A DNA stretch of 62,771 nt, counting the filler, from an uncultured Myxococcia bacterium (lineage in GTDB: Bacteria > CAZTWC01): assembly GCA_964617105.1 (NCBI GenBank). It is 6 parts of 6 records of this genome, joined end to end, with 100 filler letters (N's around TTAATTAATTAA, not from the genome) between each part and the next. Parts side by side here need not be neighbours in the genome. Positions count along the whole stretch, not along the records: positions 10,675 to 21,166 come from CAZTWC010000113.1; positions 21,267 to 31,608 come from CAZTWC010000115.1; 4 more parts are not named here. One strand, written 5' to 3'. The notes under the pieces are model-generated. The model saw only the letters and a program-made list of their open reading frames with translations, did not search any database and was not told where the DNA came from. Made by a program: the position numbers and the translations under genes. Positions within the stretch are counted from its first letter, which is position 1. Every line of letters starts with the position of its first letter. Below, in pieces: positions 20,564-30,853 of the stretch.

Positions 20564-21166
20564 ATGAATGAACTAAAAAAAAAAAGTTATTTTATAACCG
20601 GGGTTCCTGGTTTTATTTCTAAACACCTGGTGACCAAATTAATGGAGCAAAACTGCTTGCTCACTCTTTTAATCGAAGGTCATAATTTTGGCTCTACTCA
20701 GAGTTTTATCGGACAGTTGGCCAACATTTTTCCTGATGCTGAAACCAGGATTACCACAATTGTAGGTGATATATCCCGGCCAAACTTGGATATACCTGGT
20801 GAATTATACCAGGACTTAACCCACAACATTACCGATGTATTTCATTTGGCGGCTATTACTGACCGGCAGGTGAAAGAAGAAATAGCCTACAAAGTGAATG
20901 TCACGGGTACAAAAAATATTTTAAACCTGTGTAACACCATTAAAAACCTCAACCGATTTAACCATGTTAGTACTTGTTATGTTAGCGGAAAAAGGAAGGG
21001 CCTGGTTTTTGAGGATGAGTTGGATTGCGGACAAAAATTCAATAATTTTTATGAGAGAAGCAAATTTTTAGCCGAACTAGAGATTGATAAATATAAAGAC
21101 CAAATACCCATTTCAATTTTCCGGCCATCCATGGTGGTTGGTGATTCTAAAACAGGAAAAACCGAT
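20564..21166 (+). CDS. Extended SDR / thioester-reductase-like NAD(P)-binding protein, 3'-truncated by contig end
   Basis: YFITGVPGFI, GDIS, VFHLAA, VNVTGT, HVSTCYV, YERSK (YxxxK), RPSMVVGDS. Confidence 0.85.
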
Positions 21167-21266
21167 NNNNNNNNNNNNNNNNNNNNNNNNNNNNNNNNNN
21201 NNNNNNNNNNTTAATTAATTAANNNNNNNNNNNNNNNNNNNNNNNNNNNNNNNNNNNNNNNNNNNN
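21167..21266. other. Artificial contig linker
   Basis: N44-TTAATTAATTAA-N44. Confidence 0.99.
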
Positions 21267-21283
21267 ATATCGCTATTTTATCA

Positions 21284-23125
21284 TTAGTACAACTCCTGGA
21301 TCAACTCCTGAAATTGATAAGCAATATTCTTCCGTTTAACTTTCATGGTGGGAGTTACCTCACCATCCTCTTCTAGCAACTTTTTAGGCAGAATGGAAAA
21401 TCTCTTAACCTGTTCAACTCTGGCTAAATCCTGGTTTACCTGATCTACTTCCGTCTCAATAAGTTTATAGATTTCTGACTGCCTGGTAAGAGAAGAGTAG
21501 GTGGTAAACTGAACTTTGTTCTGCTGAGCAAATTTCACCACATTATCTTCGTCAATAATGATCAGAGCCACCAAATATTTACGCTTATCGCCAATAATAA
21601 TGGCATCGTTGATATAGGGGCTGAACTTCAGTTGATTTTCAATATTCTGGGGGGCGATATTCTTCCCGCCAGCAGTAACGATAAGATCTTTTTTCCGATC
21701 GGTTATCTTCAGGCATCCGAATTGGTCAAACTCTCCCACATCACCGGAATATAGCCAACCTTCCTGCAAGGTGCTGCCGGTGGCTTCTGAATTACGGAAA
21801 TATCCCTGAAAAACATTGCCTCCCTTAACCAGAATTTCTCCATCCCGGGCTATTTTTACTTCCACACCGGGCAGTGGCGGGCCCACAGTACCTACCTTGA
21901 ATTCTCCATTACGATGCAAAGTAGTTGGACCACTCCCTTCGGTCTGACCGTAAACCTCCCGCATCGGTATACCAATGGATTGAAAAAACATTAAAATTTT
22001 GGGGCTAATCGGTGCTGCGCCAGAAATGGCTATATGGATTCTCTCCAACCCCAGCCGTTTTTTTAATCGTTTAAAAACCAGCCAATGGGCCAGGTTAAAG
22101 GCCACTTTATTTAAGAATGAAACCCTTCCTTCATTCATCTTTTGGTTGAAAAAACGTTTACCCGCTTTTAGCGCCAGGTTAAAAGCCAATTGTTTAAATC
22201 TGGTGGCATCTTTCATGCGGATAAAAATTGCGGAATAGTATTTTTCCCAAATCCGGGGCACGGCAAAAAAGATAGTGGGAGAAATCTCGACAACGTTTTG
22301 AGACACCGTGTCTGGACTTTCTGCAAAATTGACCCGATAACCAAAATGGAGAGCCATAAACACCGAAAACATCCTTTCGGCAATGTGGCACAGGGGCAAA
22401 AAAGAGATGATATTGTCTTTTGGTTTGATGCCTCTAATGGCCTGGCTCAAAGACCAGGTGGTCCAGCGCAAGTTGTAGTGGCTGAGCATCGCCCCTTTGG
22501 GCGGACCGGTAGTGCCAGAGGTGTATATCAGCACCGCTGTATCCTTTGCTTTTATCTCAAAAGCCCTTTGCTCAAAGGCGCGGAGATTTTCCTGATGGTA
22601 TTTTTCCCCCATCTGCTGCCATTGGTCAAAACTCATTACCATAGGATCTTTGAAGTGGCGCAACCCCTCCATATCCCAGACAATGATTTTCTCCAGGAGG
22701 GGTAATTTCTCTCTCACCTCAAGGGCTTTGTCCAACTGCTCCTCATTTTCCACAAAATAGAAACGGGACTGGGAGTGTTCAAGAATATAGGCGCACTCTG
22801 CAGCACTATTGGTGGAGTAGATGCCAGCGGTAATCCCTCCGGCGCACATCACCCCCAGATCGATATAAAGCCACTGGGGAGTATTTTCGCCGATAATGCA
22901 GATACGCTCACCCTTTTTCATCCCCATAGCCAAAAAACCACAGGAGACCTGCCGAACATTGTCCAAATATTCCTGGTAGGAGATATCGTGCCAAATACCA
23001 AACTCTTTTTTACGCAGAGCCACCCGGTCTGGTTCGTGGTCCACCCGCCGTAAAAAGAGTTTTACCACCGTATCTTCGGCTATATTTTTCGGTAATATGG
23101 CTTTTTCGGCACTATCCAGTAGCAT
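21284..23125 (-). CDS. fadD: Long-chain fatty acid--CoA ligase (AMP-dependent synthetase)
   Basis: IYTSGTTGPPKG, FLPLCHIAER, YGQTE, SGDVG, ITDRKKDLI, TPTMKVKR. Confidence 0.9.
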   Translation of the reverse strand: MLLDSAEKAILPKNIAEDTVVKLFLRRVDHEPDRVALRKKEFGIWHDISYQEYLDNVRQVSCGFLAMGMKKGERICIIGENTPQWLYIDLGVMCAGGITAGIYSTNSAAECAYILEHSQSRFYFVENEEQLDKALEVREKLPLLEKIIVWDMEGLRHFKDPMVMSFDQWQQMGEKYHQENLRAFEQRAFEIKAKDTAVLIYTSGTTGPPKGAMLSHYNLRWTTWSLSQAIRGIKPKDNIISFLPLCHIAERMFSVFMALHFGYRVNFAESPDTVSQNVVEISPTIFFAVPRIWEKYYSAIFIRMKDATRFKQLAFNLALKAGKRFFNQKMNEGRVSFLNKVAFNLAHWLVFKRLKKRLGLERIHIAISGAAPISPKILMFFQSIGIPMREVYGQTEGSGPTTLHRNGEFKVGTVGPPLPGVEVKIARDGEILVKGGNVFQGYFRNSEATGSTLQEGWLYSGDVGEFDQFGCLKITDRKKDLIVTAGGKNIAPQNIENQLKFSPYINDAIIIGDKRKYLVALIIIDEDNVVKFAQQNKVQFTTYSSLTRQSEIYKLIETEVDQVNQDLARVEQVKRFSILPKKLLEEDGEVTPTMKVKRKNIAYQFQELIQELY

Positions 23126-23166
23126 TAGAGTCCCTCGAATTAATAACTACAAAAGCTCTATATACA

Positions 23167-26100
23167 TTAATAATAAATAACCGGCTTCGGCCGATCCGCG
23201 GGAACCGGCTTTTTCCACTCGCAGTTATCATGCTCAAAGCATGGCTGTAAACTCAATTTTTTACCCCGATGTCTCATAAAGTAGGCGACTAAATTAAACA
23301 TAAAATTTCCAATATCAAAAGTCTCCACCACCTTACAAACCTTGTTTTTCCCCTGGTTCTCTTTCTGGCATTTATCTAAACCTTTTTTAAGGACACAAAC
23401 TGTCTTATCACCGGGATTTTCTTGTTGGCATTTACTCAATGCCTTATCGTACATTACGCCGGGAAAGGGAAATCCGTGCTTGCCTTGGGGATCGCTATAC
23501 GGAAAGAGCGCGGCAGAATAACCCCCTAAGGAGTCCTTCTCTTTAAAACCAACTTGCAAGGGGGGATCGAGCCTGGGAATATCTGTTCCCCAGATATCTT
23601 TTCCTCCACTAAAGTTGTCCACATCCATGTGAACACCGTCACCAGTTGGATTGGTATAACGTTTATAACTGTGTACAGCCTCGGCCATGTAGGTATCGAG
23701 CAATACCTGGTTGGGAGTCTTATTGTACCGGGGATCAACGTTAATATAATCCACCAGCCCCGAAGAACGGCCCACGGTGACGCCGCTGGAAGCAGGCACA
23801 TTCATATCGCCTACAGTGGTAACCAACAGGGTATGAGTACCTGTGCTCTGTTTGGTCTCGGGATAATACAGTGGTTTTTTCTGCAAATGCGCCGCATAAA
23901 CCGCTGGATCAGAAGAATCGAGCACAAACTGGGCAACAGAGAGGAAGCGGCGTATCTCCGGATTGGCCCGCCGCAGTCCCAACCCCTCGGCCAGGGCCTT
24001 AAGAGAGGCGTTTTTTTTCCAGATTTCACCGTGAAAAGTAAATTGATATTTGAATTTGTTTACAGTTACAAATGGGGTCACACCCTCTCTCAACCCGCAC
24101 TTGGTGTCACCGTTTTTCAATTGAGGGCCTTTATAAAAACTGATCACCAGAGGATCTTTCAGATCGGCTTCTATGCCCGCTCTTACCTGGCCTTTTTCAT
24201 TGACATAACCGCAGCCTCTCTCGCCATTGGCGATATTTTCAATAACCATAGTATCCCAACTAGAGATGCCCTCCAGCTCATCCACCGGAAATGTTTTGTC
24301 CTTGTTCAGGTCTGGCACAATGGTCTCGATTAACATTTTATCGGTTTTGGAATCAATGGTGCCCACAAACAGAGGGCCCATCATGCGTAATTCCACCGCT
24401 TGAGGCACCCCGCCCTGGATAGAGCGGATAGCGATATCGTTAAAACCGCCGCCGCCGGAAACGGGTACTACCGTGGTGATCTCCGGCTCCAAAGATCCCA
24501 CCATAATCGACATGATACCGCCCAAAGAACTACCGGTCATACTAATATACAATTCATTATGAGCCGGATCCGGATCATCCTTCAAATATCCAACATCTAT
24601 CTTTCCATCTCCATCAAAGTCACCGGCTAATTCATCAACGCCATCATCATTTACATCGATCCCTTTCATTATAGTTTTACCGTCAAAAGTTTTAAAAATT
24701 CTTACCAACTGCATGTAATCCAGAGCGGATTGCCTTACTACATCCCTGGTGTGAAACAAGTAGGCGGTCCAAAAATCAGCGCCAGAATCCAACTGTTTAT
24801 CATTATTAAAATCATGAGCCCGATTTTTTAAAACCGCTTCGGCAAAACTTTCCAAGTCAAAATTTTTCGCAATGCTGGTAATCAGTATCTTATCGGCCGG
24901 CTTTAAACTCACACCGTGGGATACGCAATCAATACTTATGGTGGCCATCCCCAATTTAGCAAAATGGCCGCCCATGGACATAATCTCAAACCTGGAACCT
25001 TTATACCCGTGACCGAGGATTACCAAAGGCGCTGGTTTGCCATCTTTACGGACCGATACCTCTTTGCGGGGTACAGTTAAGTGAAAATAGATGGTCTCCT
25101 CCCGGATGGGAGCCGGTTTGGTTGACAGATCGTTGGGCCAGGACTGTTCGTTCCAGCCTAACTCCTTGCCATCTTGGTCCTTACGCATAAACAGTTGTGG
25201 CGCTTTAAAAATGCCGATTACATGATAGTCGATATAGCGATGCGATTCTATAAAGGCCTTTGATTCTTCGTTGTCTCTTGCACCTTCAATTATCTTCAAA
25301 CCCTCAAACCAATCCTCAGTGGGAAGAATATAGGGATTTTTTATATCTTTAAACTGAGACTCTTTTCCTTCTTTTGTTACTTTTGCTCTCAACACTTCCA
25401 ACCCACTAATCTTGGGTGGGAATTCTTCTCCCAGATGTTTTTGAATACCGTGCCCATAGAGTCCATCGCGTACCACTTTCCAGATCGATTTGGTGGACTG
25501 AGTGGTAAAAGTAAAAGCAAAGGCTATATCCTGCAAACTCAAACCCTTTGGCAATACTTCTGGTAAAGGCCGCAGGGCGGCGGTTTGAGAGGTATGGTTA
25601 ATAAAGTCAAAAGGAGAACCTACCGGCTTACCGTTTTTATCCTTCAACCTGCGGGTCACCACCAGGGCATAAGTCGTTCTCTCCTCTAGAGGAACCATGG
25701 GCCGTATCACCAGGGTATTGGTCTCTTTTTCATAAAAGGTCATCAGGGCATCTGAACGCGCCGCTAAATCTTCCCGTTTAGGATTGCGGCCCGGAAGATA
25801 ATTTGGCGTGTCTAACACTCCATCGGCATCAGTGTCCTCTGGAGGATCCAGTTCGCCGTTATCGTTTAAATCTTCGCCTTCATCCAGTTTGCCGTTGCCG
25901 TTTAAATCTTCACCCGGGTCCAATTTGCCGTTTTTATTGGTATCCTCGTCTGCCTCTTCATAGAGAAGCGACAGGGTCCAACCCCGGGGATCGTTTTTCC
26001 AATAACGGTCTATTTTTTCCAGCACCACTGGGTAGTTGCCGTTACCAAAATCCAGATAGTGAGCCTTACCAAACTCTTCGGAATCACGATCTACATTGAT

Positions 26101-26508
26101 CAAATAGACCACATCGTCTTCCTGGTTCATAGTGGTATCTTTATGCGCTTTGAGAATAGAGCTTACGTTCAGAGGACCAGAAAAGGGGATGGTAATAGGC
26201 TGAAAAACTCCCCAGCCATCCATCTCATCAATCAACTTCCGCACCCGCATTTCCAGTTTGGTCGACGCCAGCATAGAGGCGTTTATCCGTAGTCCAGTGG
26301 GTGAGGTGGCATCATAACGGGTGGCAATATCATTAGGCAGCGGTATCTCGGGCAGAGGACGGCTATAAAAATCAAATTTTACGGTTGTGTCTGCCGGCGG
26401 CGCCGGAGCCAAGCCTTGCATTTGCTCTGATAAATGGCATACAGAAAAAAGCAACAACATCGCCAAAGATGCTGCCATCACTTTTATTAAAAATATTAAA
26501 CGTTTCAC
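23167..26508 (-). CDS. Large exported alpha/beta-hydrolase (lipase-like, probable lipoprotein) with DxNxNG Ca-binding repeats
   Basis: Signal peptide ending FSVC, N-terminal P.PND motif, oxyanion-type ILGHGY, nucleophile elbow TGSSLGG, DSSDP, late KHGF, tandem EDxNxNGxLD repeats. Confidence 0.7.
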   Translation of the reverse strand: MKRLIFLIKVMAASLAMLLLFSVCHLSEQMQGLAPAPPADTTVKFDFYSRPLPEIPLPNDIATRYDATSPTGLRINASMLASTKLEMRVRKLIDEMDGWGVFQPITIPFSGPLNVSSILKAHKDTTMNQEDDVVYLINVDRDSEEFGKAHYLDFGNGNYPVVLEKIDRYWKNDPRGWTLSLLYEEADEDTNKNGKLDPGEDLNGNGKLDEGEDLNDNGELDPPEDTDADGVLDTPNYLPGRNPKREDLAARSDALMTFYEKETNTLVIRPMVPLEERTTYALVVTRRLKDKNGKPVGSPFDFINHTSQTAALRPLPEVLPKGLSLQDIAFAFTFTTQSTKSIWKVVRDGLYGHGIQKHLGEEFPPKISGLEVLRAKVTKEGKESQFKDIKNPYILPTEDWFEGLKIIEGARDNEESKAFIESHRYIDYHVIGIFKAPQLFMRKDQDGKELGWNEQSWPNDLSTKPAPIREETIYFHLTVPRKEVSVRKDGKPAPLVILGHGYKGSRFEIMSMGGHFAKLGMATISIDCVSHGVSLKPADKILITSIAKNFDLESFAEAVLKNRAHDFNNDKQLDSGADFWTAYLFHTRDVVRQSALDYMQLVRIFKTFDGKTIMKGIDVNDDGVDELAGDFDGDGKIDVGYLKDDPDPAHNELYISMTGSSLGGIMSIMVGSLEPEITTVVPVSGGGGFNDIAIRSIQGGVPQAVELRMMGPLFVGTIDSKTDKMLIETIVPDLNKDKTFPVDELEGISSWDTMVIENIANGERGCGYVNEKGQVRAGIEADLKDPLVISFYKGPQLKNGDTKCGLREGVTPFVTVNKFKYQFTFHGEIWKKNASLKALAEGLGLRRANPEIRRFLSVAQFVLDSSDPAVYAAHLQKKPLYYPETKQSTGTHTLLVTTVGDMNVPASSGVTVGRSSGLVDYINVDPRYNKTPNQVLLDTYMAEAVHSYKRYTNPTGDGVHMDVDNFSGGKDIWGTDIPRLDPPLQVGFKEKDSLGGYSAALFPYSDPQGKHGFPFPGVMYDKALSKCQQENPGDKTVCVLKKGLDKCQKENQGKNKVCKVVETFDIGNFMFNLVAYFMRHRGKKLSLQPCFEHDNCEWKKPVPADRPKPVIYY

Positions 26509-26526
26509 CTTTTAATCTCCCCTGAA

Positions 26527-28101
26527 TTATAGTTGGAAACTCAAAATTACCCGGGCGCCGTAAAGTCTTTCAGCCATAGTTTTGCCGGCATGATCCACCA
26601 ATGCACCGGCCGGTCCAGGGACAAACAGCCCACCTTCCAACCCGGCATTGAACTGAGAACCGTATATTATACCCCGAAAACGCAAACCCAGGTCAAACTC
26701 GGTGCCATAATAGGTGCCAGGCTTACCGTTAAGCGGGTTACGAGGAGTTCCTCCCTCTATTTTGGTGTTAAAGGGATCGGTATAATCCACTACCTGGCTG
26801 GCAGCCATTGCGCCACCGTAAATTTCTAAACCATCCACAGGCCGCCACCACAGACGCGGGAATAGGGCCACCGTGTTGGAAGCACTGCCCCTGGTAGGAA
26901 TTCTGTCCAGGCCATCCTGGGGATATCCTATCAGATCGGGATCAGAGGCGTTTACCGGTATCCTGGCCGTCTGAGCAGCCATTACATAACGGAAAAATAG
27001 AAATCCCATGCTGAAATTGGGATCGGTTTTAAAAGCGGTTTGATATTCATCATCATAATTATTGTCGCCCGAAGCGAACAAAAAATCGAACACCAGGCCC
27101 ACTTTGCCGGTATCCAACGAGGCTCTGGCAGCCAAAGCCACCTGCCTAATCTTATGGGTGGGGAAATCCACCGTAGCGCCCAGGGTGGTTTTACCAGCAA
27201 TATATGCCCCTTCTGCCTTTAAAGAGAGCAAGTAATCATCGGCAATAGATGTTTCCAGGTTCAGATAAAGGTCCACCACATTGGCGTCAATGGTAGAACC
27301 GGTGGCATTTTTTTGCCACCGCCTTACCATATAGAGCCCAATTTGAGGAGAAGAACCCTTATTAAATATAAAAGCACCCCCCGCCTGCTTGGCCTCATCA
27401 CCATCCAGCAGATTATCATCCTCACGTACCCGGTCGGCAAACAGGCTGGCTACCATATCCCACTTTGTATGGGGACCGGTGGCTAAAAATCCACGCAGCA
27501 CCAGATCGCCATTACGAGGATCGGTAAAAATAGCACTGCCCGGATTCCAGACATCTTCACCATTGTTGGAAATCAACCCCAGTCCCCAGTGGCTACTCAT
27601 AAATCCGCCGCCTGCAGTAACATTGGCCCCGTAAGATAGGCGGATAAAAGCCTTGCGAAGAATCTGATCATGATAACCTTCCCCGTTTGGCATACCTACT
27701 CCATTGACATCGGCTTTTTCCCCGGCAATAACCCCGGCCAGGAATTCATGTTCATATTCAGCCACAATAATCAAAGGAATATGGGAATAGATGGCTTCAT
27801 ATTCCACTCCCAGTATAAACTGAGTATTGTAAATAGTTTTGTCGTCATATTTGTGGTTATACTTGTCCAAAAAAATGGTCGACTGCATATCTTCACTGCG
27901 CAAAGTGGCAGACAAAGGTATTTGCAGATGGCCATCGCCAATATGAAACTTTAACTGCGGTTGATAATAGGGTATATCACCCTGAATGAGCATCTCTTCG
28001 GCGGAAAAATCATTGGCCAGAAGAGAATTGGCTGACAATAAACACAATAAGAGCACTAAAAACTGCCCGATAAAATTTGACCTTATCAATTTTATCAACA
28101 T
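26527..28101 (-). CDS. Outer-membrane beta-barrel protein (alginate-export-like)
   Basis: Signal peptide, amphipathic strands, SHWGLG, FASGD, YGTEFDLG, FVPG, C-terminal strand ending LSFQL. Confidence 0.7.
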   Translation of the reverse strand: MLIKLIRSNFIGQFLVLLLCLLSANSLLANDFSAEEMLIQGDIPYYQPQLKFHIGDGHLQIPLSATLRSEDMQSTIFLDKYNHKYDDKTIYNTQFILGVEYEAIYSHIPLIIVAEYEHEFLAGVIAGEKADVNGVGMPNGEGYHDQILRKAFIRLSYGANVTAGGGFMSSHWGLGLISNNGEDVWNPGSAIFTDPRNGDLVLRGFLATGPHTKWDMVASLFADRVREDDNLLDGDEAKQAGGAFIFNKGSSPQIGLYMVRRWQKNATGSTIDANVVDLYLNLETSIADDYLLSLKAEGAYIAGKTTLGATVDFPTHKIRQVALAARASLDTGKVGLVFDFLFASGDNNYDDEYQTAFKTDPNFSMGFLFFRYVMAAQTARIPVNASDPDLIGYPQDGLDRIPTRGSASNTVALFPRLWWRPVDGLEIYGGAMAASQVVDYTDPFNTKIEGGTPRNPLNGKPGTYYGTEFDLGLRFRGIIYGSQFNAGLEGGLFVPGPAGALVDHAGKTMAERLYGARVILSFQL

Positions 28102-28274
28102 AATTTTTTCCTTAAAACATATTAATAAATAATAACAATTTAGAGTATTTTTAGGTTTATGTCAATTGTTGAGTTTTACCTAAATATTGCAAAAAATATC
28201 TTGCAATAACTGTAGAATTTTGTCATTATTCGATAGTTTAAAAATTTGTTCCTTAATAAAATTTAGAGAAGAAA

Positions 28275-29366
28275 ATGAATATATTAAAATTACTCCCCTG
28301 GACAGGTACAAGATTTATCCTTTCATCATTATTTATATTTTTAGGTGTCCTACTTTTGCCTGCCTGGTTAAACTGGTCACACGCTGACCAAAAATCTTTA
28401 ACGGTGACAGAAAGTGAATTTACTTCGCTGAAGACCAACCTGCTTAGTGGGGAGTCCTTTAAACTAAGAATAAGATGCGCCATGATGCTAGGTCGCACCG
28501 GGGACAAAAGAGCATATCAACCACTTTTAGGGGCTCTAAATGATGAACATTACACGGTCCGGGGAGCCGCTGCTATTGCCCTGGGAAATCTTCATAATTA
28601 CGCTGCCATAATGCCTTTAATGGACCAACTGCACGATGTGGAACCTTATGTGATTAAAGAGGTAGAAAAAGCCCTGGAAAACATTGCAAAAAATCGGGCT
28701 GCCCTGCCATATTTAAAGGAAGCCTTGAATAACCCGGATGCTCAAATTCGTTTAAAAGCCGCCTTGCTGCTGGAAAATATTGAGGACAATGTGGGTCTGG
28801 AAACCATAGTAGAAGCATTGAGCGACAGCGATGATAAGGTCAGAGCAGTAGCCTCAGAAGTAATTCGTGGTTTAAATCCCATTCAGGCGGGTGAATTGCT
28901 GCTAAAGGCCCTCAATAACCCCAAGCACGATGTCAAGGTAGAGGCCATAAAAAGGCTGGGTAAACTCAAGGAGGAGAAGGCGATTAAACCGTTGGTGGCA
29001 ATCCTGGAAAATAGCGTGGAGAGCAAAGAGGTATTCGAAGAATCACAAAAAACCCTTAATCTACTGAAGGGTTATCTCCGTTTTGATAACCTGTTAAATG
29101 CCTACCGCAATGAAAAAGATAAACACCAAAAGGCTCAAGCAATATTATTAATGGGTATTGAAGGTTCAAAAAAATCCTATCACGCCCTGGTAGCGGCCCT
29201 GAATGACAGGGATATCTATTTGCGAGGACGCGCTGCCATGGCCCTGCGTCAATTAAACGATTCACAAGCCATACCGATTTTGGACAGGATGCTAGGCGAT
29301 CCTGCTAATCGCAGAATCTATCCAATTATCCAAAGCACCCTTAAAATTTTAAAACTTGGCCATTAG
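28275..29366 (+). CDS. HEAT/PBS-lyase repeat protein with N-terminal signal/anchor
   Basis: Repeated L.D....VR.AAA.ALG units after a hydrophobic N-terminus. Confidence 0.85.
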   Translation: MNILKLLPWTGTRFILSSLFIFLGVLLLPAWLNWSHADQKSLTVTESEFTSLKTNLLSGESFKLRIRCAMMLGRTGDKRAYQPLLGALNDEHYTVRGAAAIALGNLHNYAAIMPLMDQLHDVEPYVIKEVEKALENIAKNRAALPYLKEALNNPDAQIRLKAALLLENIEDNVGLETIVEALSDSDDKVRAVASEVIRGLNPIQAGELLLKALNNPKHDVKVEAIKRLGKLKEEKAIKPLVAILENSVESKEVFEESQKTLNLLKGYLRFDNLLNAYRNEKDKHQKAQAILLMGIEGSKKSYHALVAALNDRDIYLRGRAAMALRQLNDSQAIPILDRMLGDPANRRIYPIIQSTLKILKLGH

Positions 29367-29398
29367 TCCGGCACAAAATAACTACTACCAATCCTTCT

Positions 29399-29953
29399 AT
29401 GGAGAAGCCTCAATTTCCTGGTTCTATCGTTGTCAAAGGTTTTATAGTTTATACTATATTTACCTTCCTAGCCCTTATTTGGAGCGGACTACGCGGAGAT
29501 TTCAATCTACTCTATTTAACTGATCTGAGAAGCCTTAATATTTGGCGGGATTCCCTGATGGGCGCCGGGAGCGGATTGGCGGTGGTGCTGATTAGCAGAG
29601 TAATGCACCTCTATGTTCAGACTTTTCGCACTTTGAATCGAGAGTTTAAAAAAATTCTGGGGCCCCTGTCCACCGACGATTGCCTGCTGCTATCTTTTTT
29701 CAGCGCTATTGGGGAAGAGCTATTCTTCAGAGGTGCCATGCAGCCCGCTATAGGTCTGGTCTTGACCAGTTTAATCTTCGGGCTGATGCATATTGGCGGA
29801 AAACGCTATATCCCCTGGACCATTTCAGCCATGGTGCTGGGATTTGTTTTAGGCGCCATGGCCGATTACTCCGGTAACCTTCTGGCTCCCTTTATCGCCC
29901 ACTTTACCATCAACTATTTCAACTTGCTTTTCCTGCAGAAGATAAAAGAATAG
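29399..29953 (+). CDS. CPBP family intramembrane metalloprotease (CAAX protease/Abi-like)
   Basis: EELFFRG, FGLMH, AHFTIN motifs; multi-pass membrane protein. Confidence 0.9.
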   Translation: MEKPQFPGSIVVKGFIVYTIFTFLALIWSGLRGDFNLLYLTDLRSLNIWRDSLMGAGSGLAVVLISRVMHLYVQTFRTLNREFKKILGPLSTDDCLLLSFFSAIGEELFFRGAMQPAIGLVLTSLIFGLMHIGGKRYIPWTISAMVLGFVLGAMADYSGNLLAPFIAHFTINYFNLLFLQKIKE

Positions 29954-29979
29954 AATTAATTTTTGAGCGGGCCCTAAGA

Positions 29980-30837
29980 CTATTTGCAATCCGGTGGCGG
30001 TATCAAAGCCATATTATCTATTAGCCTGGTTTGGCCGATTATTACCGCAATAAAGGCACGACAGGGATTTTTTATCACTTCTACCGACTCCAAATTCTGG
30101 CCAAAAATTTCCAGGTAATCCAGTTCCAGTTGTTCAAATTGGGCCAAGTGCCGCCGCCCCAGTTGAAGAAGTGCTGCCACCTGTAGATTGCCTTTTGCCA
30201 GGGCCTGGTTAATTTGAGTCAGAGTAGCATACAACTCCCTGGCCAATTTGCGTTGAGCTGGTTTGAGGTAGGCGTTGCGCGAACTCATAGCCAACCTGTC
30301 CTGCTCCCGCACGATGGGAGCTCCGACAATCTCTATCTCCAGATGCAGATCTTCCGCCATCTTCTTTATGGTTAAAAGTTGCTGAAAATCCTTCTCTCCA
30401 AATACTGCCAGGTGTGGTTTTACAAGGTTGAATAACTTTAGCACCACTGTGCATACGCCTCGAAAATGGATAGGCCTGGTTTTTCCGCACAACTCTCTGG
30501 TGATTTTCTCCACCCCGACAAAAGTCTGAAAATCGGCACCATACATCTGCTCGGCAGAAGGACAAAAAATAATATCTACCCCTTTTAGTAGGCATTTTCC
30601 CCTATCCCCTTCAAAATCAGCGGGATATTTGTCTAAATCCTCTTTCGGTCCAAATTGAGTAGGATTGACAAATATGGAAACCACCACCTTATCCGCTTTT
30701 TCCCGAGCCAGGTCCATGAGGCTCAAATGCCCCTGGTGCAGGTAGCCCATGGTAGGAACAAAAGCAATTTTTTCCCCCTGCCGCCGAATTTGCTCGGCTT
30801 CCCTCTGCATCTGCTTTACATCGCTGATTATTTTCAT
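29980..30837 (-). CDS. panC: Pantoate--beta-alanine ligase
   Basis: FVPTMGYLHQGH, SIFVNPTQF, FGEKDFQQ, AMSSRN, RLIDN. Confidence 0.97.
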   Translation of the reverse strand: MKIISDVKQMQREAEQIRRQGEKIAFVPTMGYLHQGHLSLMDLAREKADKVVVSIFVNPTQFGPKEDLDKYPADFEGDRGKCLLKGVDIIFCPSAEQMYGADFQTFVGVEKITRELCGKTRPIHFRGVCTVVLKLFNLVKPHLAVFGEKDFQQLLTIKKMAEDLHLEIEIVGAPIVREQDRLAMSSRNAYLKPAQRKLARELYATLTQINQALAKGNLQVAALLQLGRRHLAQFEQLELDYLEIFGQNLESVEVIKNPCRAFIAVIIGQTRLIDNMALIPPPDCK

Positions 30838-30853
30838 AAACAGACTCTACTCC

